DNA of 64,000 nucleotides from the IMG/VR virus record IMGVR_UViG_3300020599_000006. One strand, 5' to 3'. Below are positions 36,880 through 45,585 of this stretch, piece after piece. The notes beneath the pieces were generated by a model. The model did not search any database, was not told where the DNA came from, and was given only the letters and a program-made list of their open reading frames with translations. The DNA is from an uncultured virus (IMG/VR IMGVR_UViG_3300020599_000006) (Duplodnaviria > Heunggongvirae > Uroviricota > Caudoviricetes). The translations under genes and the position numbers were made by a program. Within the stretch, counting starts at the first letter, position 1, and the number at the start of each line of letters is the position of its first letter.

Positions 36880-37164
36880 ACAGTCAGGTCTAACCTGATT
36901 GTATGTGCGCCAGCTGCTGTTTTCCTTGGCGGTTGCTGGCGCCAGTGGTGACTGAGTCTGTCGCGAGACTCGAGAGTCATCACAGCTGGACCCTGCGGCA
37001 ATGTAGCACGGCCGTTGTCGCGGATCGTCCAGCACGCCCTGGCCGTCACTGATGGCCGACCCTGCCGTTGCGCCGGCGAGCCTCCTGGACACACCCCCTG
37101 GGACGGCTCGCCGGCGGCGGCCCCTATTATGGAGCCCCTGCCTAATGGCAGGGGCTTTATGCCG
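36880..37164 (+). ncRNA. run of long GC-rich hairpins ending in a terminator-like element
   Basis: Six consecutive stems then AGCCCCTGCC-TAAT-GGCAGGGGCT-TTATGCCG. Confidence 0.55.
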
Positions 37165-37233
37165 CATTGGTATGTGGAAGACCCCCCCCTTTTATGTACG
37201 CCAACCCAACCATCATTGCAAGGACACTTCTCC

Positions 37234-38709
37234 ATGTCTTTTGATATCCTCAAAGACCTCAAGGCCTCCCTGGAAGAACAGGACACGGCGTACGAGGGTA
37301 CCGACCAAGAACTGGCCTCTGACATCGCTGTCCTCCAGGCGGATGCCAGTGAGGGCACTACGTCCCTTTCCGACGCCCTGGACAAGCAAGCAGAAAGCAC
37401 TGCTCTGGCCGATTCCTTCGACCAACTGGCTACCCGTGCAGAGGAAGTCATTGGCACTGACAACGCTGATGTCGCCATTGAACATCTGGCGTTCGGTCTG
37501 ACCACGTTGATGGCTTCCAAGGGCGTGCAGTACCAAGGGGCTTCCATGGAGTCTCTGACTTCCGTAGCCACCACTGCTCGCACCATGTCCAGTAACGTGC
37601 GTAAAGCGGCTCGTGTCAGTCTGGAAGCCACCTTCCGTGAGGTACAGAACGAGATCGAAGGTACGGTGGACGATACCGTGACCAGCGCGGGTCTGCTGCA
37701 ACAAGCGATTGCTCGTATCGCCAGCAAGGCTAAGGACATCGAAGCCAACGGTGTGGTGCTGAACCACAAGGGCGTCTACCAGTTCCTGCATCGCGATGGC
37801 AAGTCGCTGTCCACGCTCTCGGGTGCCATGGCTGGCGACCTTAAGACCATTAAGGACCTGATCGCTGCAGCCCGCGAGATCAACAGCCAGTACGAGAAAC
37901 TGGCAGACGACATCATCAAGACCGGTGATGACATCAACGGCCTGCGTAAGGTCGTGGCCAGTCTGCTGGCGTTTGACAGCCGTAAAATTCTGACTCGCTT
38001 TGTCGGTGTCAAGACCCTGAACAACGGTTACTTCGAGGTAACCCGCGGGGGCAACATCGGAGAAGATGGCGATTCAATGGACGTCTACCCGCACCTGTAC
38101 TGGGACTACGACATTGTTTCCAGCGATGGCTCCAAAGCCCCGCTCAAAGAGCGCGTATCGGGTGCTCTGAAAGTGGGTGCTGCTGTGGGCATCGTTACCG
38201 GTGCCATCGGCGGAATGGTGGGTAATGTTCCGGGTATCGTTATTGGCGGTATCGGCGGTGCGTTGATGGGTGCCAAGGCGGGTTCTAGCGGTGCCAACCA
38301 CCAACATGCTGGTTCCTTGACTGAGAGTACCACCTCTATCAAGGACATGATCAAGTTCCTGAAGGACATCCAGTCGGCTGCCAAACTCATCTGGGAAGTC
38401 AACAGCCTGCTCGACAGTGCCTATGATGACTCCGCACGGGTGGACAAGCTGTTTGGCATCATGACCCACATCGGTGACATGGACTCCGATGACAGCGTCA
38501 CCAAGTTCCTGCAAGCCTTCTCCAGCGCAATGACTGGCGTATCGGCCAGCTCTCCGGCTGAGACCAGGCTGGACCGTCTGACCACCGTCCTGCATCAGAA
38601 GACCGACGAGATGTACGCCGCCCACATGTCTCTGCTTAACGCGGCCAGCGAGATAGCAGAAACCGCAGTGGACAATGGACTGACCATTGCCCGTACTCTG
38701 CTGAAGTAA
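37234..38709 (+). CDS. phiKZ-like internal head protein
   Basis: Acidic N-terminal region with ASLE, ASME, VSLE motifs; Gly-rich hydrophobic segment; AAGGA RBS. Confidence 0.7.
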   Translation: MSFDILKDLKASLEEQDTAYEGTDQELASDIAVLQADASEGTTSLSDALDKQAESTALADSFDQLATRAEEVIGTDNADVAIEHLAFGLTTLMASKGVQYQGASMESLTSVATTARTMSSNVRKAARVSLEATFREVQNEIEGTVDDTVTSAGLLQQAIARIASKAKDIEANGVVLNHKGVYQFLHRDGKSLSTLSGAMAGDLKTIKDLIAAAREINSQYEKLADDIIKTGDDINGLRKVVASLLAFDSRKILTRFVGVKTLNNGYFEVTRGGNIGEDGDSMDVYPHLYWDYDIVSSDGSKAPLKERVSGALKVGAAVGIVTGAIGGMVGNVPGIVIGGIGGALMGAKAGSSGANHQHAGSLTESTTSIKDMIKFLKDIQSAAKLIWEVNSLLDSAYDDSARVDKLFGIMTHIGDMDSDDSVTKFLQAFSSAMTGVSASSPAETRLDRLTTVLHQKTDEMYAAHMSLLNAASEIAETAVDNGLTIARTLLK

Positions 38710-38761
38710 ACGTCATACAGCGAGGGGAGCAATCCCCTCGCTTATACGGATAGGAGTCAGA

Positions 38762-39166
38762 ATGAAGAACACTACGATTTATAGCGCCCGGCTAGCGTTA
38801 GGCATTTCCACCACTGCGATGGCTGAGAAAATGTGCATTGCTAAGCGCACCTGGGAAGTTTGGGAGAATGGTCAGCGTAAGCCGGATAAACGCACACTGA
38901 TGCAGATTGCCCAACTGATCAACCAGGAGGGTAAACAAGATATTGTTGGTCTGAAGTTTGTGGGTGATGAAAGCGTGACCTATCTTCATCGTCGCCACTT
39001 CATCGAATTGCGTAAACTGGACGATCACCATCGCTGGCTCATGCGGTACGTAGACCTGCGTGCAAGCGAGCACGGTCAACCCGATCCACGTATCTGTGAG
39101 TGCATGTTGTCAGAAGTTGTTCAAGCCGATGCTGACGTCTTGGAAGTTGTTATGAACTGGAGTTAA
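38762..39166 (+). CDS. XRE-type HTH protein
   Basis: ARLALGIS...MAEKMCIAKRTWEVWENGQRKP. Confidence 0.7.
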   Translation: MKNTTIYSARLALGISTTAMAEKMCIAKRTWEVWENGQRKPDKRTLMQIAQLINQEGKQDIVGLKFVGDESVTYLHRRHFIELRKLDDHHRWLMRYVDLRASEHGQPDPRICECMLSEVVQADADVLEVVMNWS

Positions 39167-39235
39167 CTCCACCTATTACTTATGCTGTAATATTTTACTA
39201 ATCAGCAACTTCCTATGCAAAGAGGAGACATCATC

Positions 39236-39334
39236 ATGGCCTGCGGTATCTATGAAGCACCCCTGTCTACCCGCAAGAAGAAAGTCAAGAACATCAGCCT
39301 GAACATGATGGCACTGCTGTCACGTTCTCGCTAA
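39236..39334 (+). CDS. 32-aa basic peptide (not in ORF track)
   Basis: AGAGGAGA RBS; MACGIYEAPLSTRKKKVKNISLNMMALLSRSR*. Confidence 0.55.
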   Translation: MACGIYEAPLSTRKKKVKNISLNMMALLSRSR

Positions 39335-39339
39335 CCAGC

Positions 39340-39660
39340 TTCGGGATAGGTGATTCAATTCACTGCGTGGATCGGATGCGAAAAGACATCTGTCCCGAAC
39401 TTAATCGCAGATGCGATCTGACGGTCCTCTCTATCGTTCTCTGACCGGGCAGTATATCGAGGAAGAGATTCGCACCCTCTTCTAAAGAGCGATACGATCG
39501 TGGCGTCGCGAAACGCTGCGGTAAGCTGTAGAGCTGGCTGTACACTGAGGCGGTCCTTTGCTGGCCGTAAGGTGGGCTGCCCCTGCGGGGGCTTTACCAG
39601 ACTGCAACCTGCAAGTCCTTTAGTGTGCTGGCGCCAGTGCTATAAGGGCCTTGTGGGTTG
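39340..39660 (+). ncRNA. putative ~320-nt structured ncRNA
   Basis: TTCGGGATAGGTG/CATCTGTCCCGAA, TATCGTTCT/AGAGCGATA, GTACACTGAGG/CTTTAGTGTGC and further nested helices with G-U pairs. Confidence 0.6.
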
Positions 39661-39692
39661 AGTCCTGGATTTATTCCCTTTTAGGAGTGACC

Positions 39693-40313
39693 ATGAGTAC
39701 CATCGCTGTTAAAATCCCGCTGATCCAGCCGGGGCTGCTGAGCCTCTTCAACATGACTCGCGACTGGCCCGATGCGTCCCTCACTGACTCCATCGGCAAA
39801 ATCGTCCTTGGTGACGTTCTCAACGAGGATGGCACCCCCAATGCGACGTACCTGGTGGCATTCCATTCGGACAGTAACGAGAACTCCCGTAGTCCGTCTA
39901 TCACCGTCTTCGAAGGTCGTGTCAGCGCCGATGCGGTAGTGGCCAACGTGATCATCAGTCGGGAAACCGGTCTGATCAATGTCTACACCAAGCATGACCT
40001 GAATGGTCTGTCGCTGGAACTGGGTGTAGAACGCGTGAACTACAACCGCAGCCCTGCTCGCCTGGAAGACCGCTCCAACATCCTCCAGGTAGCATTCAAC
40101 GACTGCGTGGGCGATGCCACCCTGACCCGCGAACAGCTGGTCGCCAAGGTCGAAGAACGCGTCAAGCAGATCATCGACGAACGTCTGGGTGACCCGAACT
40201 TCAAGACCAAGGTCTCGATCAAGGACATGCAAGCTGATGGAGGTTATCAGTGGAGTGTTCTGGTTGCGATCGATCCCCTGGAACTGACTCTCGACCGTCA
40301 GACTGAGGGTTAA
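39693..40313 (+). CDS. hypothetical protein
   Basis: AGGAG RBS before MSTIAV. Confidence 0.7.
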   Translation: MSTIAVKIPLIQPGLLSLFNMTRDWPDASLTDSIGKIVLGDVLNEDGTPNATYLVAFHSDSNENSRSPSITVFEGRVSADAVVANVIISRETGLINVYTKHDLNGLSLELGVERVNYNRSPARLEDRSNILQVAFNDCVGDATLTREQLVAKVEERVKQIIDERLGDPNFKTKVSIKDMQADGGYQWSVLVAIDPLELTLDRQTEG

Positions 40314-40316
40314 GCC

Positions 40317-40769
40317 ATGGCACAGGTACCTACGACGTATGCGGTCTTTGATCAGTGCGTGCAAGGCCTTACTGAAATCAGTCAAGCCGCAGTGGCGCGT
40401 GCTGTCGAAATGGGGTTATCCCCCATCGACATCTTGCGGGACTTTAAGACCTACGGGTTCCACGTTCCAAGGCAGACAGGTGCGTTGAGCTGGGTAACGC
40501 TTAATCTCGTCAAGAACCCCAGGGCTATCGCCATTGTTCTCGATCACCGCATCAAGGAAATGGTTTACGGCGTTCATACCTGCGATAATCGTTTTCTGAC
40601 CTATCGAGAAGTCCAAGGTATGGTCGGAGACCTCGGGAAAGTCTGGGACGTGGATACGATCTACATCTACGACTCAGCACGTGTCTTTTCCAAGTTGCGT
40701 ATTCAGAAGTTCTACGACTGGCTAGCGACCTGGGATAAACTGCCCGAGAAGATCATCCGCATCAACTGA
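40317..40769 (+). CDS. hypothetical protein
   Basis: GAGGG RBS; 150 aa. Confidence 0.65.
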   Translation: MAQVPTTYAVFDQCVQGLTEISQAAVARAVEMGLSPIDILRDFKTYGFHVPRQTGALSWVTLNLVKNPRAIAIVLDHRIKEMVYGVHTCDNRFLTYREVQGMVGDLGKVWDVDTIYIYDSARVFSKLRIQKFYDWLATWDKLPEKIIRIN

Positions 40770-40775
40770 GTTAAT

Positions 40776-40861
40776 GCCTGGGTCGCATAGCGGCCGATTG
40801 CACCTGATTCGTAATCAGGACCCGTAAGGGCACGTGGGTTCGAATCCCACCCCAGGCTCCA
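40776..40861 (+). tRNA. tRNA-Thr (CGT) with long variable arm
   Basis: GCCTGGG/CCCAGGC, CCTGA-TTCGTAA-TCAGG, CCC-GTAA-GGG variable arm, TTCGAAT loop, T-CCA. Confidence 0.88.
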
Positions 40862-41162
40862 TATTGGCCTATAAGCCCACTGCTAGCTTACCACTGACAC
40901 GTCCCACTGAGTGCACGCAGTTGGGAACGCAGCTTGCGAGGCTCCTCCGCAGGTGTGGCGTAGTGTTATCCTGAGGGGTTGTCCGAGAGCCTTCATGAAG
41001 GATAGGGCATGTGACTTGTAGGTGGAATAGATAACCGAGGTAGGATGGGGTGGCTAAATGCCACCCCATCTATGCCGTATCTCCCGTATTTATTGGTAAA
41101 AAATTAAGAAATAGTATGGGTTCTCTGGATTCCCCAGAGGGCTATAAAGGAGACCTCCCGTC

Positions 41163-41693
41163 ATGAAAATCAATGCTTCGCTGTCTACTCTGGCGAACAT
41201 CATCGCTCTGGTCAACGGCGTCAACGCCGGTCTGAACCTGACCGATGAGCAAGTGACCATCGGTCAGGCTTCGGCCTACGTACCCGGTGAGGGTGATCTG
41301 AACAGCCAGATCACGCTGTCGGGTGTGAACGGCAAAGGCTTCCAGGGTGACGTTACCATCCACTACAAGCGCCCGGTGCTGCAACCGGGTGGTGCCTGGG
41401 GCAATGCCCTGGGGGATGGCATCCCGTCTGTACCGTCCGCTGCCACCCAAGCCCAAGCCCTGACCCTGGCTGCCACCCACCTGGGTCTGGTGGAATCCGA
41501 GCTGGACGCCTCGGCCTTCACCGCGCCGGCAGACGAGCTGACCAATGGCAGCATCACCATCACTGCCAAGGACGGTAGCCCGCTGTATACCGGCAGCTAC
41601 GTCCTGACCCTGGTGGGTCAGGACACCGATCAGAACCTGGCTGATGCCGTAACCGTCACCGACATGGACGGTTTCGACGACGCCGACGCCTAA
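41163..41693 (+). CDS. virion structural protein (paralog family)
   Basis: N..ALVN.VN, NS.....G.G..G...HYKR pattern; C-terminal V..MDGFD. Confidence 0.7.
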   Translation: MKINASLSTLANIIALVNGVNAGLNLTDEQVTIGQASAYVPGEGDLNSQITLSGVNGKGFQGDVTIHYKRPVLQPGGAWGNALGDGIPSVPSAATQAQALTLAATHLGLVESELDASAFTAPADELTNGSITITAKDGSPLYTGSYVLTLVGQDTDQNLADAVTVTDMDGFDDADA

Positions 41694-41749
41694 TCGGCCA
41701 CCCGTGCTCTTTTAGGAGGGCACGGGTTTTTTATGCCCTGGAGACTTTC

Positions 41750-42042
41750 ATGAAAGTAGATCTCACAAAGTCAGTAAAGGAGAACGTGGCCCTGCTGATC
41801 AATGAGGCTAACCCCACGTTAAATCCCCCGCTGACACCTGACATGTTCAACATCGTTTCAATCAGCAATCCCAAGTCCAAGCTAAAGTGGCCAGCGCAAT
41901 CGGTGTGGGCAATCAGTACAACTTGAACTTGACAGATCTGGTTATGCCCACTGAAGACGTCCAAGGGTCTGTCAACGTAGCTGCCTGGGAAGGCAATGAA
42001 TACTACTACAGTACGGTCAAGTCCGTGATCCTTACCCTGTAA
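41750..42042 (+). pseudogene. internally deleted, frameshifted structural paralog
   Basis: MKVDLTKSVKENVALLINEANP in one frame; ...VQGSVNVAAWEGNEYYYSTVKSVILTL* in the -1 frame. Confidence 0.55.
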
Positions 42043-42077
42043 CGGCATAAACGGGGGCTATCCCCCGTTTATGCCGA

Positions 42078-42608
42078 CTAGGCGTTATCAAACCCGTCCA
42101 TGTCACGGACGGTGATGGCGGCGGACAACACTACATCACCCGACAGCGGTACAGTGAACTGCGTACCAGGAATAAACCCCGGTGAGGTGTTAGCGGCCGT
42201 TAGAACGATCTGAGTATCCGATAGTCCAACAGCCCCATCCACCACATCCAACGGGTCTAGCACCACACCATACAACGTATTGATCGCCTCCAAGAACCCA
42301 TGAATGGTTCCCGTCGCCCTGGGCAGAGAGTAGTCGCCGACTGGGAAAATCAACGGGAAGTTAATCCGGTTGTACTTGAACGTGATCGACTTGGTGTAAT
42401 GGAACCCTGGTTTAGGCTTTACGACCACTGTGCTGTTGTACCCAGGTTCATCCGTATAGACGTTGGGTGCCTCGATCAGGATGTCATCCAACGTCAAGTC
42501 CCTGTTCAGTACAGAGCGATTGACGTTTCGATTGATCAGTGCCAGCAGGTTGTCTTTCGAGGAGACCTGAGTGTCAAACACCGGCGATGTGACGACAGCA
42601 AACGCCAT
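42078..42608 (-). CDS. virion structural protein (paralog family)
   Basis: SKDNLLALIN, YNRINF, MDGFD motifs. Confidence 0.7.
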   Translation of the reverse strand: MAFAVVTSPVFDTQVSSKDNLLALINRNVNRSVLNRDLTLDDILIEAPNVYTDEPGYNSTVVVKPKPGFHYTKSITFKYNRINFPLIFPVGDYSLPRATGTIHGFLEAINTLYGVVLDPLDVVDGAVGLSDTQIVLTAANTSPGFIPGTQFTVPLSGDVVLSAAITVRDMDGFDNA

Positions 42609-42680
42609 CGTCTGTCGTACCTGCCAATTCCCAGTGTCTCGTATTACAGCGTAGACCTTGTCCTGTCTTACCCTCATGGC

Positions 42681-43790
42681 TTAGGTCCCCGTTCTGAGCC
42701 TCAGCGTGGCATTGGCTACCTTGCTCTTGTTCCATGCCAGACCGTCAGGTGCCGTGTCGGCATTGATCGTCCGGTATGTATCACTGGTGGTGGCGGGTGT
42801 GATCGAGGATTCGGTGCCACCTACGATGCTGGATTTGAGCGGTTGACCGGAGGTACTTTCGCGCCTCACCCGGGTGCCCATGAGCACGGTTTTAACCTGT
42901 GCCAGATCGGGGATAGCACTGACATCGACCTTGATGTCCAGGTTCTTCGCCGAGGCACTGCTGGCTTCATCACAGTTCAGGTAAGGCGTTTCCAGGTCCG
43001 TGTTGGTCAGCGGTTTGTTCAACACCTCCACCTTGTCGGCCGCAGTGCCCTGGATAGTCCAGTCGTCGCCTACGGCCGACACCACGGGTAAGGGGATGAT
43101 GCGAATCGGACCTAAACGTTCACCTACACCGACCGTATCGGTCAGGTTGTAGTCGAAGTAGATATCGCGCATCCAGTGTGTACCGGCCATGTTCACGTTA
43201 TCGCCAGCGGCATCCGAACCGCCACCACCCCACAGTAGCCACCAGCTACCACTGGTGTTGTTGATCGCAGTACGGAACGCCGATGCAGCAGCGCCATCAT
43301 AGATGACTTGGTCATCTAGCCAGCACGACAGCCAACCAGTGCTGGCAAAGTACTTCATTTCGAAGTAGTGTTCTTTGCCGTCGTTGATTTGATCGATCGT
43401 GAGCAGGTTCTGGTAGTTGTATACGCCTGCTGTTACCAGTCCATACATGCGCAGGATGGGTTTACTGGTGGTGCCCGTGTAGTTCTCGACCTTGACCCGA
43501 CAGCCAAAGCGCAGCAGACCTTTAGGAGTGGTCGAGAGCTTCTTCAGGTCCCAGATACCGCGCATGGTCTTGGTGCCAACCTGTTTGGAGGTAGCCACCA
43601 TCTTCAACCAGCCGTTCTCAAGGGAGAAAGAACCCCCATCAGATGCTACGTAGTTGTAGAGCTGGCAAGCAAATCCAGCTGCGTTACCTGCCTGGGCGTT
43701 GGCCAGTCGCCACATTTCAGCGCCATAGCCGCTGACAGCAGCACCCCAACTGGTACCTTCCGGAAAGCCTTCCATTGGGAGGAAGTTCAT
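42681..43790 (-). CDS. probable virion structural protein (beta-rich)
   Basis: 369 aa, Trp/Gly-rich, inside the structural cluster. Confidence 0.65.
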   Translation of the reverse strand: MNFLPMEGFPEGTSWGAAVSGYGAEMWRLANAQAGNAAGFACQLYNYVASDGGSFSLENGWLKMVATSKQVGTKTMRGIWDLKKLSTTPKGLLRFGCRVKVENYTGTTSKPILRMYGLVTAGVYNYQNLLTIDQINDGKEHYFEMKYFASTGWLSCWLDDQVIYDGAAASAFRTAINNTSGSWWLLWGGGGSDAAGDNVNMAGTHWMRDIYFDYNLTDTVGVGERLGPIRIIPLPVVSAVGDDWTIQGTAADKVEVLNKPLTNTDLETPYLNCDEASSASAKNLDIKVDVSAIPDLAQVKTVLMGTRVRRESTSGQPLKSSIVGGTESSITPATTSDTYRTINADTAPDGLAWNKSKVANATLRLRTGT

Positions 43791-43804
43791 GACTGTTTAC
43801 CCTC

Positions 43805-44134
43805 TCAGTTGTAATGGATAGCCATTACGCCGGTGAGCGTCTGGTTAGACGCAGGGAACCTTAGCAGGAGTACGTTGGCGAACGTGGAGTTCGACGGCAG
43901 CATCTGGAGGTTCTTTCCATTATGCACCACTTGGGTGCCGGCCAGACTCAGCTTGTCACTGATCGCTTCATCGGTCCAGTTACCCTTGGTCTCGGGGTTG
44001 GTGTCGATATCGTTCAACGCAGCAGCCAAGAAGTGGCGATGCGTGTCATCCAGCTCACCGAGCGGGATGGTGGAAAGTTCTTCCTGGAACGGGGTGAAAT
44101 CCGAACGGAAGAAGTGGTTGTTCCACTTTTTCAT
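43805..44134 (-). CDS. virion structural protein (C-terminal-domain-only paralog)
   Basis: Ends with IHYN like family members. Confidence 0.6.
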   Translation of the reverse strand: MKKWNNHFFRSDFTPFQEELSTIPLGELDDTHRHFLAAALNDIDTNPETKGNWTDEAISDKLSLAGTQVVHNGKNLQMLPSNSTFANVLLLRFPASNQTLTGVMAIHYN

Positions 44135-44148
44135 TAGGTGTCTCCGAA

Positions 44149-44631
44149 TTAGAAGCCGACCAGGGCATTGCTCGTAAAGAGCGTGCTGATGTCAGGGTAA
44201 GAGGCCAGTTGCAGCGTGTAGCTACCCGTGAAACCGAGGGAAGTGGGCTTAGCCTCCAACATCACCTGGATCATCGAACCCATTTCTTCCACCTGATGGT
44301 CGACTAGGTCATCCTGGGTGAAAGTCACACCAATCATGTTACGGATGATGTCAAGCACCGTATAGACCGACACGTTTGGATCGACTGAGTTCTTGGTGAA
44401 GGTGAAGTTGCCCAATTGCGAGAGGTCTAGACGATCGTAGTAGACCTTCGACCTACCCTGGAAGGGGCTGCTGGTGTTGGTGATGACCCAGACTTCGGTG
44501 TTCTTTTGACTGACGCTGCCATCGTGTGGTTTTAGTCCGACAAAGGACACCATGGAATCCGAGAGGGTAGAACCCGCCGCGGTGGTCAGCATCAGGGCAA
44601 TGTCTGCTGACGACTGTTGGAATGTCGACAT
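44149..44631 (-). CDS. virion structural protein (N-terminal-domain paralog)
   Basis: NT.V....SPFQG..VYYDRLDL, AKPTSLGFTG motifs. Confidence 0.7.
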   Translation of the reverse strand: MSTFQQSSADIALMLTTAAGSTLSDSMVSFVGLKPHDGSVSQKNTEVWVITNTSSPFQGRSKVYYDRLDLSQLGNFTFTKNSVDPNVSVYTVLDIIRNMIGVTFTQDDLVDHQVEEMGSMIQVMLEAKPTSLGFTGSYTLQLASYPDISTLFTSNALVGF

Positions 44632-44634
44632 AGA

Positions 44635-45534
44635 TCACCCGTTGTAGTGGAGGTACATGACGCCCTGGAACCAGGACGTTGCCTGGGCCGTGAGCATCAG
44701 CACTTTGCTGTACTTGGCGGAGTTAGCAAATGGATAAGACGCGTTCGGCAGAGCAGAGAGTCGAGTGTAAGCCAAACCGCCCATACCCCCCTGGACACTG
44801 TGTGCCTGAGAGGCATCGAACAGGTTCGACCCCATTTGCTTATTCATCTCCGCCACGATTGCTGTCAGGTTTGCGTTACCCGCGGCCATGGAACCAGAAG
44901 CAGCCAAGCCGTTGATCGTAGCTGCTACAGCAGAGAGATCCATGCCATAGGTCAGGTAGTCGCCTTGGGTCTTACGACCGCCATCAAAGGTGTTTCCACC
45001 CTGCCAGAGACGTCCATTGAGGTCATGACTGCCCCCATTGTTCGAGACGATGGCATCGTCCAGATCCCGCTTAGCTTTGACATAGCGAGCACTGAACTGA
45101 CCGATGAAACACTGAGAGCCCGTACACGTCATGGCCGTGGAAGTGCTGCCTATCCCCGCACTGTTGCTTGGGAAGTCTTCCACGCGCAGGTAGAGTCCAA
45201 AGCGCTGGTTGATCTCTGCGATGACTTGTGCAATCGGCAAAGCGGTAGCGCTGTTCCAGGTCGTGAGTGTGATCGGCGAGATGTTCTTAAAGAGTTTTGA
45301 CAGGTCAATCCGTCGATACTTGATATCCAGCACACCAATGGCGGCAGTCCCAGGTGCTGCCCGCAGGCGAGCAATGGTGTTTGCAATCTCACCGGCTTGC
45401 GGGGTGTAGCTGCGCAAGTTATCGATGACGAAACTGCCTTTGGCGAACTTGTCCTTGAACCCAGGGTTAGCCTCTTCGATCAAGTCGTAAAGAAGGTCAT
45501 CCTGTGGCTTACGAAAGTCGGTCATGTTGGCCAC
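44635..45534 (-). CDS. virion structural protein (paralog family)
   Basis: LLYDLI..AN, YRRIDL, YLHYN motifs. Confidence 0.75.
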   Translation of the reverse strand: MANMTDFRKPQDDLLYDLIEEANPGFKDKFAKGSFVIDNLRSYTPQAGEIANTIARLRAAPGTAAIGVLDIKYRRIDLSKLFKNISPITLTTWNSATALPIAQVIAEINQRFGLYLRVEDFPSNSAGIGSTSTAMTCTGSQCFIGQFSARYVKAKRDLDDAIVSNNGGSHDLNGRLWQGGNTFDGGRKTQGDYLTYGMDLSAVAATINGLAASGSMAAGNANLTAIVAEMNKQMGSNLFDASQAHSVQGGMGGLAYTRLSALPNASYPFANSAKYSKVLMLTAQATSWFQGVMYLHYNG

Positions 45535-45585
45535 CTTGTAGAATGAATGACGGGGTGAATGATCACCCCGTCTATGCCGCCACTA

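Noticed and set aside
35539..37167. Short ORFs across the tRNA-like array and the 73-aa extension of ORF 37015
   Set aside because: They overlap RNA structures and a terminator-like hairpin and lack RBSs; the head-protein gene more plausibly starts at 37234.
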